A DNA stretch of 64,000 bases, taken from contig JBARKJ010000046.1 in assembly GCA_049801375.1 (NCBI GenBank), positions 3,204-67,203 of the forward strand, in the 5' to 3' direction. Position numbers and translations under genes: made by a program. This document shows, in pieces, positions 1-7,997 of this stretch. Under the pieces are notes generated by a model that saw only the letters and a list, made by a program, of their open reading frames with translations, had not been told where the DNA came from and ran no database searches. This DNA comes from Nitrospirota bacterium (GTDB lineage Bacteria; Nitrospirota; JACRHJ01). How positions within the stretch are numbered: position 1 is the stretch's first letter; every line of letters begins with the position of its first letter.

Positions 1-817
1 CCGGCAACTGCTCGATATCCGCCTTTTTGCCGAGGCTTTTCTCTATAAGTTCTATCAGTCTTCTCAGTTCCGTGGTTTGTGATTCGCCAATATTAAATAT
101 TTCAAATTTCGAATTATAATCTATCGCCTTGAGCACGCCGTCGGCGATATCGTCCACATATGTGTAGTCCCTGCGGGAAGAGCCGTCTCCGAACATGGGG
201 ACGGGTTTCCCCTGGTCTATCAGACGGGTGAATTTGTGTATCGCCATCTCCGGCCTCTGCCGCGGCCCATAGACGGTGAAGAACCTAAGGCATGAAATAT
301 TAAGATTATAGAGATGATGGTATGTGTGGCATATAAGCTCGCAGGCTTTTTTTGTAGCCGCGTAAGGAGACACCGGGTTATCCACGTTGTCGGTTTCGGA
401 AAAAGGAACCTTTTTATTGTTTCCGTATACGGACGAAGACGAGGCAAAGATAAAGCCCGGCAGGTTATTTTCCTTTGCCGCCTCCAGGAGGTTCATAGTC
501 CCCCGGAAATTTACCTCCTCATACAGGAGCGGGTCTATAATCGATGGCCGTACTCCTGCCCGCGCCGCAAGATGGAATACCCGGTCAAATTTTTCCCTTT
601 TAAAGAGCGTCTTCAGCAGTTCCAGGTCCCGGATATCGCCCTCGACCAGTTTATACGACTGATTTTTGAGGGCCTTTTGAATGTTGTTCCTCTTTATGCG
701 GGGGTCGTAGAACTCGTCGAAACAGTCGATGACTACTACCTCGTCGCCGCGCGCAAGGAGCTTTTCCGAGACGGTAGACCCAATGAAGCCCGCGCCGCCC
801 GTAACAAGTATCTTCAT
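1..817 (-). CDS. NAD-dependent epimerase/dehydratase (extended SDR; GalE / UDP-glucuronate 4-epimerase-like). The N-terminal ~272 codons are present; the C-terminus lies beyond the window start.
   Basis: Minus-strand ATG at 815-817 overlaps (ATGA) the stop of the downstream kinase gene. Translation gives MKILVTGGAGFIGS... with a Rossmann GxxGxxG motif and a later PYAATK catalytic motif. Absent from the ORF track because it is truncated by the window edge. Confidence 0.8.
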   Translation of the reverse strand, partial: MKILVTGGAGFIGSTVSEKLLARGDEVVVIDCFDEFYDPRIKRNNIQKALKNQSYKLVEGDIRDLELLKTLFKREKFDRVFHLAARAGVRPSIIDPLLYEEVNFRGTMNLLEAAKENNLPGFIFASSSSVYGNNKKVPFSETDNVDNPVSPYAATKKACELICHTYHHLYNLNISCLRFFTVYGPRQRPEMAIHKFTRLIDQGKPVPMFGDGSSRRDYTYVDDIADGVLKAIDYNSKFEIFNIGESQTTELRRLIELIEKSLGKKADIEQLP

Positions 818-1800
818 ATCAGCGCCTGCTTTATCGTCTTTTTCAATTGTTCCATTTTCACTGTAGCCGTCCCCACTTCGCCGACTACTATACCCGCCGC
901 ATGGTTTGCTATCACTGCCGCCTCGTGCATGTCCGCCCCCGTGGAAAGGGCCAGCATCAACACCGCTATGACGGTATCCCCGGCGCCTGTAACGTCATAT
1001 ACTTCCTTGGCCACGGTCGGTATGTGCACCGCTTTTCCGCCGTGTTGGAAGAGGCTCATCCCATGCTCTCCGCGGGTGATCAGCACCGCCTCGCTCTTTA
1101 GCTTCTCGATGAGCTTTTTACCCGCGGCGGCAAGAGATATTTCATCGGTTATCTCAAACCCCGCCGCCTGCGAGGCCTCTAAATTATTCGGCGTCACCAC
1201 CGTCACGTTCTTATAGTAATCGAAATGTCCCACCTTAGGGTCTACCGCGACGGGTATCTTTCTCTCTTTGGCTATCTTCACGATACCCGCGACCAGCTTT
1301 TTCGTAACTACCCCCTTGGCATAATCGGATATGATGATCCCGGAGAAGGAATGATTGTTGGTTTTCACGTAGTCCAGGATTATATTTTCCGAGGCGCAGG
1401 CAATGTCGCCCTTGCTCTCGCGGTCAAACCGGACTACCTGCTGGCTGTGCGCTATTACCCGCGTTTTTACGGTAGTCGGACGGCAGTTATCCACGATTAC
1501 TCCATCGGTATCTATCTTTTTAAGCCGCAGCTCATGAATTACTTTCCGGCCCATCTCGTCGCTACCGACGGCGCCGCAGATTCTGGCATTGCCGCCAAGA
1601 GATACTATGTTGCTAAGAACGTTGGCCGCGCCGCCCAGCATGATGGATTCATGGTTTATTTCCACGACCGGGACAGGGGCTTCGGGCGAGATTCTGGAAA
1701 CTTTGCCCCATACGAACTGGTCGAGTATGATATCGCCGACGACGAGGATATCGGCCGATTTAAACCGCTCCAGGTGTCCAAGAAGGCTTTTTTTATCCAA
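814..1800 (-). CDS. hldA: D-glycero-beta-D-manno-heptose 7-phosphate kinase (RfaE domain I / HldA-type PfkB-family sugar kinase)
   Basis: 328 aa. N-terminal ADILVVGDIILDQFVWGKVSRISPEAPVPVV and C-terminal VTGAGDTVIA (PfkB GAGD motif) are typical of the heptose kinase domain of HldE. No adenylyltransferase domain is present. Confidence 0.75.
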   Translation of the reverse strand: MDKKSLLGHLERFKSADILVVGDIILDQFVWGKVSRISPEAPVPVVEINHESIMLGGAANVLSNIVSLGGNARICGAVGSDEMGRKVIHELRLKKIDTDGVIVDNCRPTTVKTRVIAHSQQVVRFDRESKGDIACASENIILDYVKTNNHSFSGIIISDYAKGVVTKKLVAGIVKIAKERKIPVAVDPKVGHFDYYKNVTVVTPNNLEASQAAGFEITDEISLAAAGKKLIEKLKSEAVLITRGEHGMSLFQHGGKAVHIPTVAKEVYDVTGAGDTVIAVLMLALSTGADMHEAAVIANHAAGIVVGEVGTATVKMEQLKKTIKQALI

Positions 1801-1841
1801 AACGTTCTCTCCCGCGGTTATTATGATAAAAAAATGTTATT

Positions 1842-2960
1842 TTATATTACTTTCTCGTAAACCTCAAGCGTCTTGTGGAGAGTTTTTTCCCAGGTGAAGT
1901 TTTCTGCCTTATCTCTGGCCCTTTTGCCCGTTTCATTCCGCGCCTTTTCGCATGAAAGGTACTGAAGCGTAGCCGCAAGCCCCGCTGCGTCCTCAGGGTC
2001 ATTCAGCACGAAGCCGTCTACACCGTCTTCCATAACCTCCGCCACGCCATTTTGAGAGGTGGTTATTACGGGCAGGCCGGATGCCATTGCCTCCAGGCAG
2101 GAGTTGGAAAACGGGTCGTACTTAGTCGGCAGGACATAAATATCCGACGCGCCGTAAATAGATTCAGGGTCCCGGACATGGCCTGTAAAAACCAGCCTGT
2201 CGGCTACTCCCAATTTTCTTGCCAGTTTGAGGAATGGCTTCGGGTCGTCTTTTCCCGCCACCAACAGTTTCAAATCGCTGATATTTCCCTCCATGTCCTT
2301 CGCGTACCACAGTGCCTTGATGGCCGTCTGAAGCCCTTTTCTTCTGAACCCTGCCCCCATGAAAAGCGCGACCGGCTCATCGTTAAAACCATATTTTTGC
2401 CGGGACTCATGCCTGTTCAGCTTGATGTTGACCGGATTAAATTTCATAAGGTCAACTCCGTTGTAGGCCACGAAAACCTTCTCCGGCGGGATAGGATAGT
2501 GTTTGAGAAGACCTTCCTTGGAGAACTCGGAGTTGGTTATGACCGCCTTGCAACCTCCCGGCCGGTAACGGTCCCTTTCCATATTCAGGATAACCCGGTG
2601 CAGCGGGTTCAGAAAAGTAAAGCGCTTTCCCATCCTTTCCAGGTACTCGGCATGGCACCCGCCGCCTACAGTTACCACCCCGTCGGTGAACGGCCTTATC
2701 TGGTTATGCACCAGGTCTATATCCCTCCTGCCGGACAGCATCCGGCTGAGGTTGTTTTTAAAGCTTGATACCTTCAAAAAAGAAGGCCCCGCCGCGATCT
2801 TGACGATATTTACTTCCGCCTTGAAATCCGGCTCCTCAGATGTAGCCGCAAATATAGAGACATCGTGCCCGGCATCAACGAGTCCTCTGGCCAGATTCCA
2901 CGTGCGCCTCTCGCTCCCGCCTTTTCTGTCGAAGCGGATGGATGCTATAGCGATTCGCAT
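1842..2960 (-). CDS. Glycosyltransferase family 4 (GT-B; WaaG-like LPS glycosyltransferase)
   Basis: 372 aa. N-terminal MRIAIASIRFDRKGGSER and C-terminal EAMASGLPVITT, typical of GT1/GT4 retaining transferases. Sits within a heptose/LPS gene neighbourhood. Confidence 0.8.
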   Translation of the reverse strand: MRIAIASIRFDRKGGSERRTWNLARGLVDAGHDVSIFAATSEEPDFKAEVNIVKIAAGPSFLKVSSFKNNLSRMLSGRRDIDLVHNQIRPFTDGVVTVGGGCHAEYLERMGKRFTFLNPLHRVILNMERDRYRPGGCKAVITNSEFSKEGLLKHYPIPPEKVFVAYNGVDLMKFNPVNIKLNRHESRQKYGFNDEPVALFMGAGFRRKGLQTAIKALWYAKDMEGNISDLKLLVAGKDDPKPFLKLARKLGVADRLVFTGHVRDPESIYGASDIYVLPTKYDPFSNSCLEAMASGLPVITTSQNGVAEVMEDGVDGFVLNDPEDAAGLAATLQYLSCEKARNETGKRARDKAENFTWEKTLHKTLEVYEKVI

Positions 2961-3133
2961 ACCCGCGCCTTCCGGTATATTTCCCTGATAAGCTTTTCCT
3001 TGATAAAATTGCCGGCAGTCAAGATGTCGTTCAATGGGCCGTCGGTGAGTTTAGTAAACGTACTGGACACGGATTTCCCGTTCCTCCAGCCAATGATTGC
3101 TTCGGTAGGCTGCAGGCGGAAAAATTCACTCAT
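2945..3133 (-). CDS. Hypothetical small protein (62 aa) filling the gap between the methyltransferase and GT4 genes
   Basis: The ORF start ATG forms an ATGA overlap with the stop of the upstream methyltransferase gene, and its 3' end overlaps the GT4 start by 16 nt. No recognisable domain. Confidence 0.25.
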   Translation of the reverse strand: MSEFFRLQPTEAIIGWRNGKSVSSTFTKLTDGPLNDILTAGNFIKEKLIREIYRKARVCESL

Positions 3134-3963
3134 GGTTGTTTAAATACAATTCGCTTGATTGATTTTTTTACAGGTTGGATTAATTTTTTTCTTACATATC
3201 TCTCACATTTTTTTAGCAGCCCAGGATTGTGTTCATTCCTTAGTTTTTCGACCTGATTTTCAAGCGACTGCTTTTGAACATTATTTTTGCCCAAGAATTG
3301 GAAAAATTCATTTATGGTTTCCGACTCTTCCTGGCTGGCATTGAATAATGCATTCAATTCCATAGGAAATTCTTTCCCGACACCAATAATTCCCAATCCG
3401 GACCCAAACTTGAACTCAAAATTAGGATAAACGTTCTTCAACTCAGCCCACAAACGCCAAACGCCGAAATCTCTTTCATGCACAGCCGAGTCGTGAAACA
3501 TTATTATTCCACGACTGCTTAATTTGGGAAGCCATGTCTCGAAATCGTTTTTAACTGCTTCATAGCTGTGGAAACCGTCAATATGGAGCAGATCTATAGA
3601 GCCATTTTTGAAATCGTTGACTGCTTCATCGAAAGTCTTCCTTAATAAATGGGAAAATCGCCCGTATAAAGGATCGTGATGCGAACGCAGATCCTGCAGC
3701 ACAGTATCTTCATAACGGCCGCAATGCTCGTCGCCGCACCATGTATCAACTCCATAACAGGTAGTATCCAGACGCAATACATCTACAGCCTGACAGAAAG
3801 CGCAATAAGATTCCCCCGTATTGACGCCCAGCTCGACGAGTATTCGTGGCTTTATCATCTGAATAAGCGCTAAGGCAAAGGGTATATGCTCAGACCATGC
3901 CTTTATCTTAAGCCTGCGCGGCTGCATGAGGCATAACGGATAATTCAAGGGATTAAACGGCAT
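3130..3963 (-). CDS. Class I SAM-dependent methyltransferase (Methyltransf_24 / CmcI-like) with a C-terminal coiled-coil and basic tail
   Basis: 277 aa. ILVELGVNTGESY (SAM-binding G-rich motif) and LLHIDGFHSYEAVKNDFETWLPKLSSRGIIMFHD match the CmcI/TylF-like sugar O-methyltransferase pattern. C-terminal tail ...ERYVRKKLIQPVKKSIKRIVFKQP. Confidence 0.75.
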   Translation of the reverse strand: MPFNPLNYPLCLMQPRRLKIKAWSEHIPFALALIQMIKPRILVELGVNTGESYCAFCQAVDVLRLDTTCYGVDTWCGDEHCGRYEDTVLQDLRSHHDPLYGRFSHLLRKTFDEAVNDFKNGSIDLLHIDGFHSYEAVKNDFETWLPKLSSRGIIMFHDSAVHERDFGVWRLWAELKNVYPNFEFKFGSGLGIIGVGKEFPMELNALFNASQEESETINEFFQFLGKNNVQKQSLENQVEKLRNEHNPGLLKKCERYVRKKLIQPVKKSIKRIVFKQP

Positions 3964-4138
3964 GTTATTTCTTGCCTCTTTCTTTATGTGGGGTGTTTTC
4001 AGAATTGGCCTATTTGTTACTACTTTTCGCCTTAATTGTCAAGCCTTTATAAGCTAAATTATTATTCTGATTGTGAAAAATCCTTTGATATATCTAACAA
4101 TTATGATATTATTGCCCGCAATGGGAGGTTTTTTAAAG
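3964..4138. promoter_or_regulatory. AT-rich divergent intergenic region; contains a GGAGG Shine-Dalgarno ~10 nt upstream of the acetyltransferase ATG at 4139
   Basis: The only sizeable non-coding gap in the glycan locus, lying between divergently transcribed genes. TTGTCA / TATAAG-like hexamers are present, but promoters cannot be assigned confidently. Confidence 0.3.
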
Positions 4139-4750
4139 ATGTCTCTTTTCAAGAGGAACAGACAGCAAAAAGAAGAGACTAATAAAAAAAATTCAATTTA
4201 TACAAAAGATATTTTTGAGGGCTCGGAATCTGTCATAGCCGGTGATTTTTCATACGGTAGCCCAAAAGTTATGGAGTGGAAGGACGGGCATACACGGCTG
4301 GTAATCGGTAAATTCTGCTCTATTTCATCTGATGTCGTTATAATTCTGGGAGGCAACCACCGGACCGACTGGGTGACCACCTATCCGTTTCCCGCACTTG
4401 CCCAGGATTGGCCGGGCGCTTCAGAAATAAAAGGTCATCCAGCTACCAAGGGAGACATAATAATCGGCAACGATGTCTGGATATGTTACGGGGCGACGAT
4501 ATTATCAGGCGTAGTCATCGGTGACGGAGCAGTGATCGGAGCAAGGTCGGTGGTTTCGGACGCTGTAGCGCCATACTCGATCGTTGCAGGTAATCCGGCA
4601 AGAGAAATAAGGAAGCGCTTTGATGACGCCACTATAAAAATGCTTTTGGAACTTAAATGGTGGGACTGGCCGCTGGACAGGATAAAAAAGAATATGCATA
4701 TTTTGTGCGGATGCGATTTTGAGCATCTTTTTAAAACAAATGAAGGCTAA
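4139..4750 (+). CDS. Xenobiotic acetyltransferase family (CatB / Vat-type hexapeptide-repeat acetyltransferase)
   Basis: The track ORF spans 4073-4750; the start was chosen at Met23 (ATG 4139) because a GGAGG RBS precedes it and the length matches CatB. LVIGKFCSISSDVVIILGGNHRTDW, IIGNDVWICYGATILSGVVIGDGAVIG and a C-terminal LLELKWWDWPLDRIKKNMHILC are near-diagnostic of the CatB/Vat XAT family. Confidence 0.8.
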   Translation: MSLFKRNRQQKEETNKKNSIYTKDIFEGSESVIAGDFSYGSPKVMEWKDGHTRLVIGKFCSISSDVVIILGGNHRTDWVTTYPFPALAQDWPGASEIKGHPATKGDIIIGNDVWICYGATILSGVVIGDGAVIGARSVVSDAVAPYSIVAGNPAREIRKRFDDATIKMLLELKWWDWPLDRIKKNMHILCGCDFEHLFKTNEG

Positions 4751-4762
4751 GAAGGAATCTGA

Positions 4763-5614
4763 ATGATAATAATTACGGGAATAGGAAGGTCTGGAACCAG
4801 CTTTACCGCAAAGGTGCTGAGCGATGCTGGAGCTAATTTAAAGGGCGACTGGTTCGACGAGAAGATAAGGGCGGGAATGGAATACAAAAAGGTGGCCGAA
4901 ATAAACAACCTGCTTATACAGGGGTCGGCCTCTTCGCTGGATATGGCAATCTCAAGATTAGGCCAGTCCGAAATAAAATCCGAACTCTCAGGATCCGTTA
5001 TAATCAAAGACCCCAGGTTCGTGCTGACGCTGGATTTATGGTTGGCGGCAGGAACAGATGTAGAGCATATCGTATATTGCGCAAGGGATTATAAGGAGAT
5101 ATTCGACAGCTCTTTGAAGACTGGCGTCGGCGGCGTTGGGGACGTCAGCAACGGCGTCTTTATCCCAACCTTTAACGGCGCGAAAGTGTATTTTACTTAC
5201 CTGGAGAGGATGTTCTTCAAGTTGGCCAAAGACCATGGTATCCCCATTACCACAGTCAACTTCCCTCTGAGCGCGGAGAACTTCTCCGAGTTTGAAAAAC
5301 TGGCCTTCCTTGCCGACAAAGAAAGGCTCAGGAATTCCTGGGAGAAGCTGAGGAGGCCGAGAGAGATAGGCAGCCATGCCGCCCGCGTCAACGTGCCCGA
5401 CGACGATCAGAGATTACGCGACGCTTTCGTGCAGCTCAGCCAAAAAGAACAAGAATTGGCGGAACTGAAGGCGAAGCTTGCCGAATCGGCCAAAGTCCGG
5501 GACAGTCTTCCCCGAAAACTCGAAAGGACTTTTAGAAAAAAACTGGTCCATCCGGTCCGGAAAAGGATTTACTCCTGTTTAAAAAATATGGTTATTCGAT
5601 TTAATGGAAGATAA
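4763..5614 (+). CDS. Sulfotransferase-family protein (PAPS-binding 5'-PSB-like GIGRSGTS and 3'-PB-like KDPR motifs) with a C-terminal coiled-coil and basic tail
   Basis: 283 aa. N-terminal MIIITGIGRSGTSF P-loop-like motif and IIKDPRFVLTLD resemble Sulfotransfer_3 proteins. C-terminal QKEQELAELKAKLAES...ERTFRKKLVHPVRKRIYSCLKN. Confidence 0.55.
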   Translation: MIIITGIGRSGTSFTAKVLSDAGANLKGDWFDEKIRAGMEYKKVAEINNLLIQGSASSLDMAISRLGQSEIKSELSGSVIIKDPRFVLTLDLWLAAGTDVEHIVYCARDYKEIFDSSLKTGVGGVGDVSNGVFIPTFNGAKVYFTYLERMFFKLAKDHGIPITTVNFPLSAENFSEFEKLAFLADKERLRNSWEKLRRPREIGSHAARVNVPDDDQRLRDAFVQLSQKEQELAELKAKLAESAKVRDSLPRKLERTFRKKLVHPVRKRIYSCLKNMVIRFNGR

Positions 5615-6800
5615 AAAAACCGTCAGCATTATAACGGTCAACCTTAACGGCAAAATGCTCCTGGCCGATCTGCTGCAGTCTGTCCGCGAACTGGAATACC
5701 CGCGCGAGCTCCTGGAGGTAATCGTCGTGGACAACGGCTCCGATGACGGCTCGGTTGACTACCTTGAGGAAAATTACCCGGAGGTCAAGATCATAAGGAA
5801 CGAGCGGAACATGGGTTTCGCCTATCCTTGCAACCAGGGCGCACAGGCCGCGTCCGGCAGTTACCTTGCTTTTGTAAACAACGATATGAAGCTGGACGGA
5901 CGTTGGGTGGACGAAATGCTCCGGCATATCGGCGGGGACGGAAAGACAGTCTGCGTCGGTTCAAAAATACTGAATGCAGACGGGACGAAGATAGACTTCA
6001 TCGGGGGCATAGTCAATTACATTGGCATGGGGTATCAGAAAAACTTCCGCAAAGACGCCTCCCTTTACAACGAAACTGTTCCGAATGAGCTACTTTTCGC
6101 ATGCGGAGGCGCGATGCTCATAGACAGGAAGGTTTTCCTGGAGGTCGGCGCTTTCGATGACGATTATTTCGCATTCTTTGAGGACGTGGACCTTGGCTGG
6201 AGGCTTTGGGTGCTTGGTTATAAAGTTGTCTTTGCTCCTGGCGCCGCGGCTTACCACAAGCACCACCAGACCGCGAAATTGATCTCAAAACAGATGTTGA
6301 TGACGTTGTACGAAAGAAACAGTCTCTATACCATCTACAAGAACTACGGCGTGGAAAACCTGACTAAAGCTTTTACCGTAGTCTACCTCATGTCCTCGGT
6401 TCGCCTCGCGGATTCCCTCAGGCTGAACATCTCCAAATATGTAATAAACGACCCCCTCTTTGTGAACCGTTCGGTTGGGAGAAAGAGAAGCGCAATAAAG
6501 AAGGCTTACTGGAAGCTGGCGGGTTTCTTCCTCGACACCCTCGCCAGTCTTTTGTTGGATTTCAGGTTACGCTCCCGCATGTGCGCCCCTGCACGGCGCG
6601 AGCATTTCTCACCGGCGGTGGCCGCCGCCCATTTCGGTTTCAATCTCGAACGGATGGCGGAGAAAAGAGATCTTATACAGAGAAACCGTAAAAGAAGCGA
6701 TGGCGAGATACTGGAGCTTTTCAAGGATTCGTTTGGACTGGATACCGTCGAGGCAAATTACAACCGGCTCGCCATGCTCGCCAAAAAATTTCTAGATTAA
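5604..6800 (+). CDS. Glycosyltransferase family 2 (rhamnosyl/galactofuranosyl-transferase-like, GT-A fold)
   Basis: 398 aa. VSIITVNLNGKMLLADLLQSV...VIVVDNGSDDGS (DxD-type GT-A N-terminus), NMGFAYPCNQGA, and FFEDVDLGWRL, typical of WbbL-like GT2 enzymes. Confidence 0.8.
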   Translation: MEDKKTVSIITVNLNGKMLLADLLQSVRELEYPRELLEVIVVDNGSDDGSVDYLEENYPEVKIIRNERNMGFAYPCNQGAQAASGSYLAFVNNDMKLDGRWVDEMLRHIGGDGKTVCVGSKILNADGTKIDFIGGIVNYIGMGYQKNFRKDASLYNETVPNELLFACGGAMLIDRKVFLEVGAFDDDYFAFFEDVDLGWRLWVLGYKVVFAPGAAAYHKHHQTAKLISKQMLMTLYERNSLYTIYKNYGVENLTKAFTVVYLMSSVRLADSLRLNISKYVINDPLFVNRSVGRKRSAIKKAYWKLAGFFLDTLASLLLDFRLRSRMCAPARREHFSPAVAAAHFGFNLERMAEKRDLIQRNRKRSDGEILELFKDSFGLDTVEANYNRLAMLAKKFLD

Positions 6801-6809
6801 GCATCCCGG

Positions 6810-7997
6810 ATGGAAAAAAAACCAAAAATACTTTGCGTCACTCCGGAAGTGGACGCCCCGTTCATCATCAATATCCTCCAGCCGCTTGAGATATTGAAAG
6901 CCCGGGGCGAAGCCGTGTTTACCGTGAAAAAAGAAAAAGACGCGCTGATACATGACGCGATGCGCCATGACATCATACTTTTTTTCAGGAACTCATCTCC
7001 CGCCAGATTGAAGTTGCTGCATTTCTCGAAGCTTGCCGGAAAACTGGTCATCTATTCCGTGGACGATAATTTTTTCGAGTTGGCATCTTCCGAAAAAGGG
7101 CCGATGGACGCTCTCCTGCTGGATGCCCATTCACGTTATATGCAGAAGTCCGACATCGTCCTTGTATACTCGGATCCTATGGTGGAACAGGCCTCCCGGC
7201 TTAACCTGAACGTTATAAAGATGCTTCCGGGAGGCATAGATTTTTCCAGATTCGGCGGCATCGGGAGACGGCGGGATAAAAAAGACAAGATCCGCATAAT
7301 CTACGCCACGTCGCGTTTCGGAAACGACATACTCTCAAAGCAGTTCCTGCCCGCCCTGAAAAAAATATTAACCGAGTACAAAGGACGGGTGGAGATGGAC
7401 CTGTGGGGGTTCAGGCCCGTTGAGCTCGAAGGTATTCCGGGAGTGGGCTATGCCCAAAAGATGGATTATCTCACATACATCAAGCGTCTTTATGCTGAGG
7501 ATTTCGATATAGGACTGGCCCCATTGCAGGATGACCTGTTCCACCGGTCAAAGACGAACACAAAACTCAGGGATTACGGCGCGTGCGGCATCGCGGGAAT
7601 TTATTCAAATGTGGACGTTTATTCGGATTGCGTTTCGGATGGCAAGACGGGCCTGCTAGTGGACAATACCGACGACGCATGGTATCAGGCTATGAAGAAA
7701 TTAATAGATGATGAAACACTCAGAGAATCCATAAAAAAGAACGCGCACCAGTACGTCAGGACTAATTATGATATGAAAGCGACGGCGGACATGTTCTACG
7801 ATATATTCAGCAAAGCGGCAGACGATTTTAACCGAGAGGCGAAAAAGCTACCGACGAATATCAGATTAATTTCCGGTTTCCTGGATATCTCAATGATATT
7901 TCGGGTGCGCCTTAAAACAAACCTCAAGGCACTAGAGCATTCTTTCCGGAAATACGTCCGCGATCCGCTGAGAGATTTATTCAGGAAGAGGCTGTAA
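6810..7997 (+). CDS. Glycosyltransferase (GT4-like C-terminal domain) with a basic C-terminal tail
   Basis: 395 aa. C-terminal half GKTGLLVDNTDDAWYQAMKKLIDDETLRESIKKNAHQYVRTNYD resembles GT1/GT4 nucleotide-sugar binding domains. Tail ...HSFRKYVRDPLRDLFRKRL. The 3' end overlaps the convergent GT4 gene by 17 nt. Confidence 0.65.
   Translation: MEKKPKILCVTPEVDAPFIINILQPLEILKARGEAVFTVKKEKDALIHDAMRHDIILFFRNSSPARLKLLHFSKLAGKLVIYSVDDNFFELASSEKGPMDALLLDAHSRYMQKSDIVLVYSDPMVEQASRLNLNVIKMLPGGIDFSRFGGIGRRRDKKDKIRIIYATSRFGNDILSKQFLPALKKILTEYKGRVEMDLWGFRPVELEGIPGVGYAQKMDYLTYIKRLYAEDFDIGLAPLQDDLFHRSKTNTKLRDYGACGIAGIYSNVDVYSDCVSDGKTGLLVDNTDDAWYQAMKKLIDDETLRESIKKNAHQYVRTNYDMKATADMFYDIFSKAADDFNREAKKLPTNIRLISGFLDISMIFRVRLKTNLKALEHSFRKYVRDPLRDLFRKRL

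Noticed and set aside
314-1216. 300-aa plus-strand ORF (and similar long ORFs at 1225-1860, 2052-2768, 17874-18444, 19110-20428, 24485-25510, 33908-34768, 58236-59322)
   Set aside because: These are antisense shadow ORFs within well-supported minus-strand genes (epimerase, hldA, GT4, lpxK, waaA, gnnB/gnnA, OFOR, ABC/gdhA). They have low-complexity Arg/Pro/Gly-rich translations typical of high-GC antisense frames, and no domain motifs.
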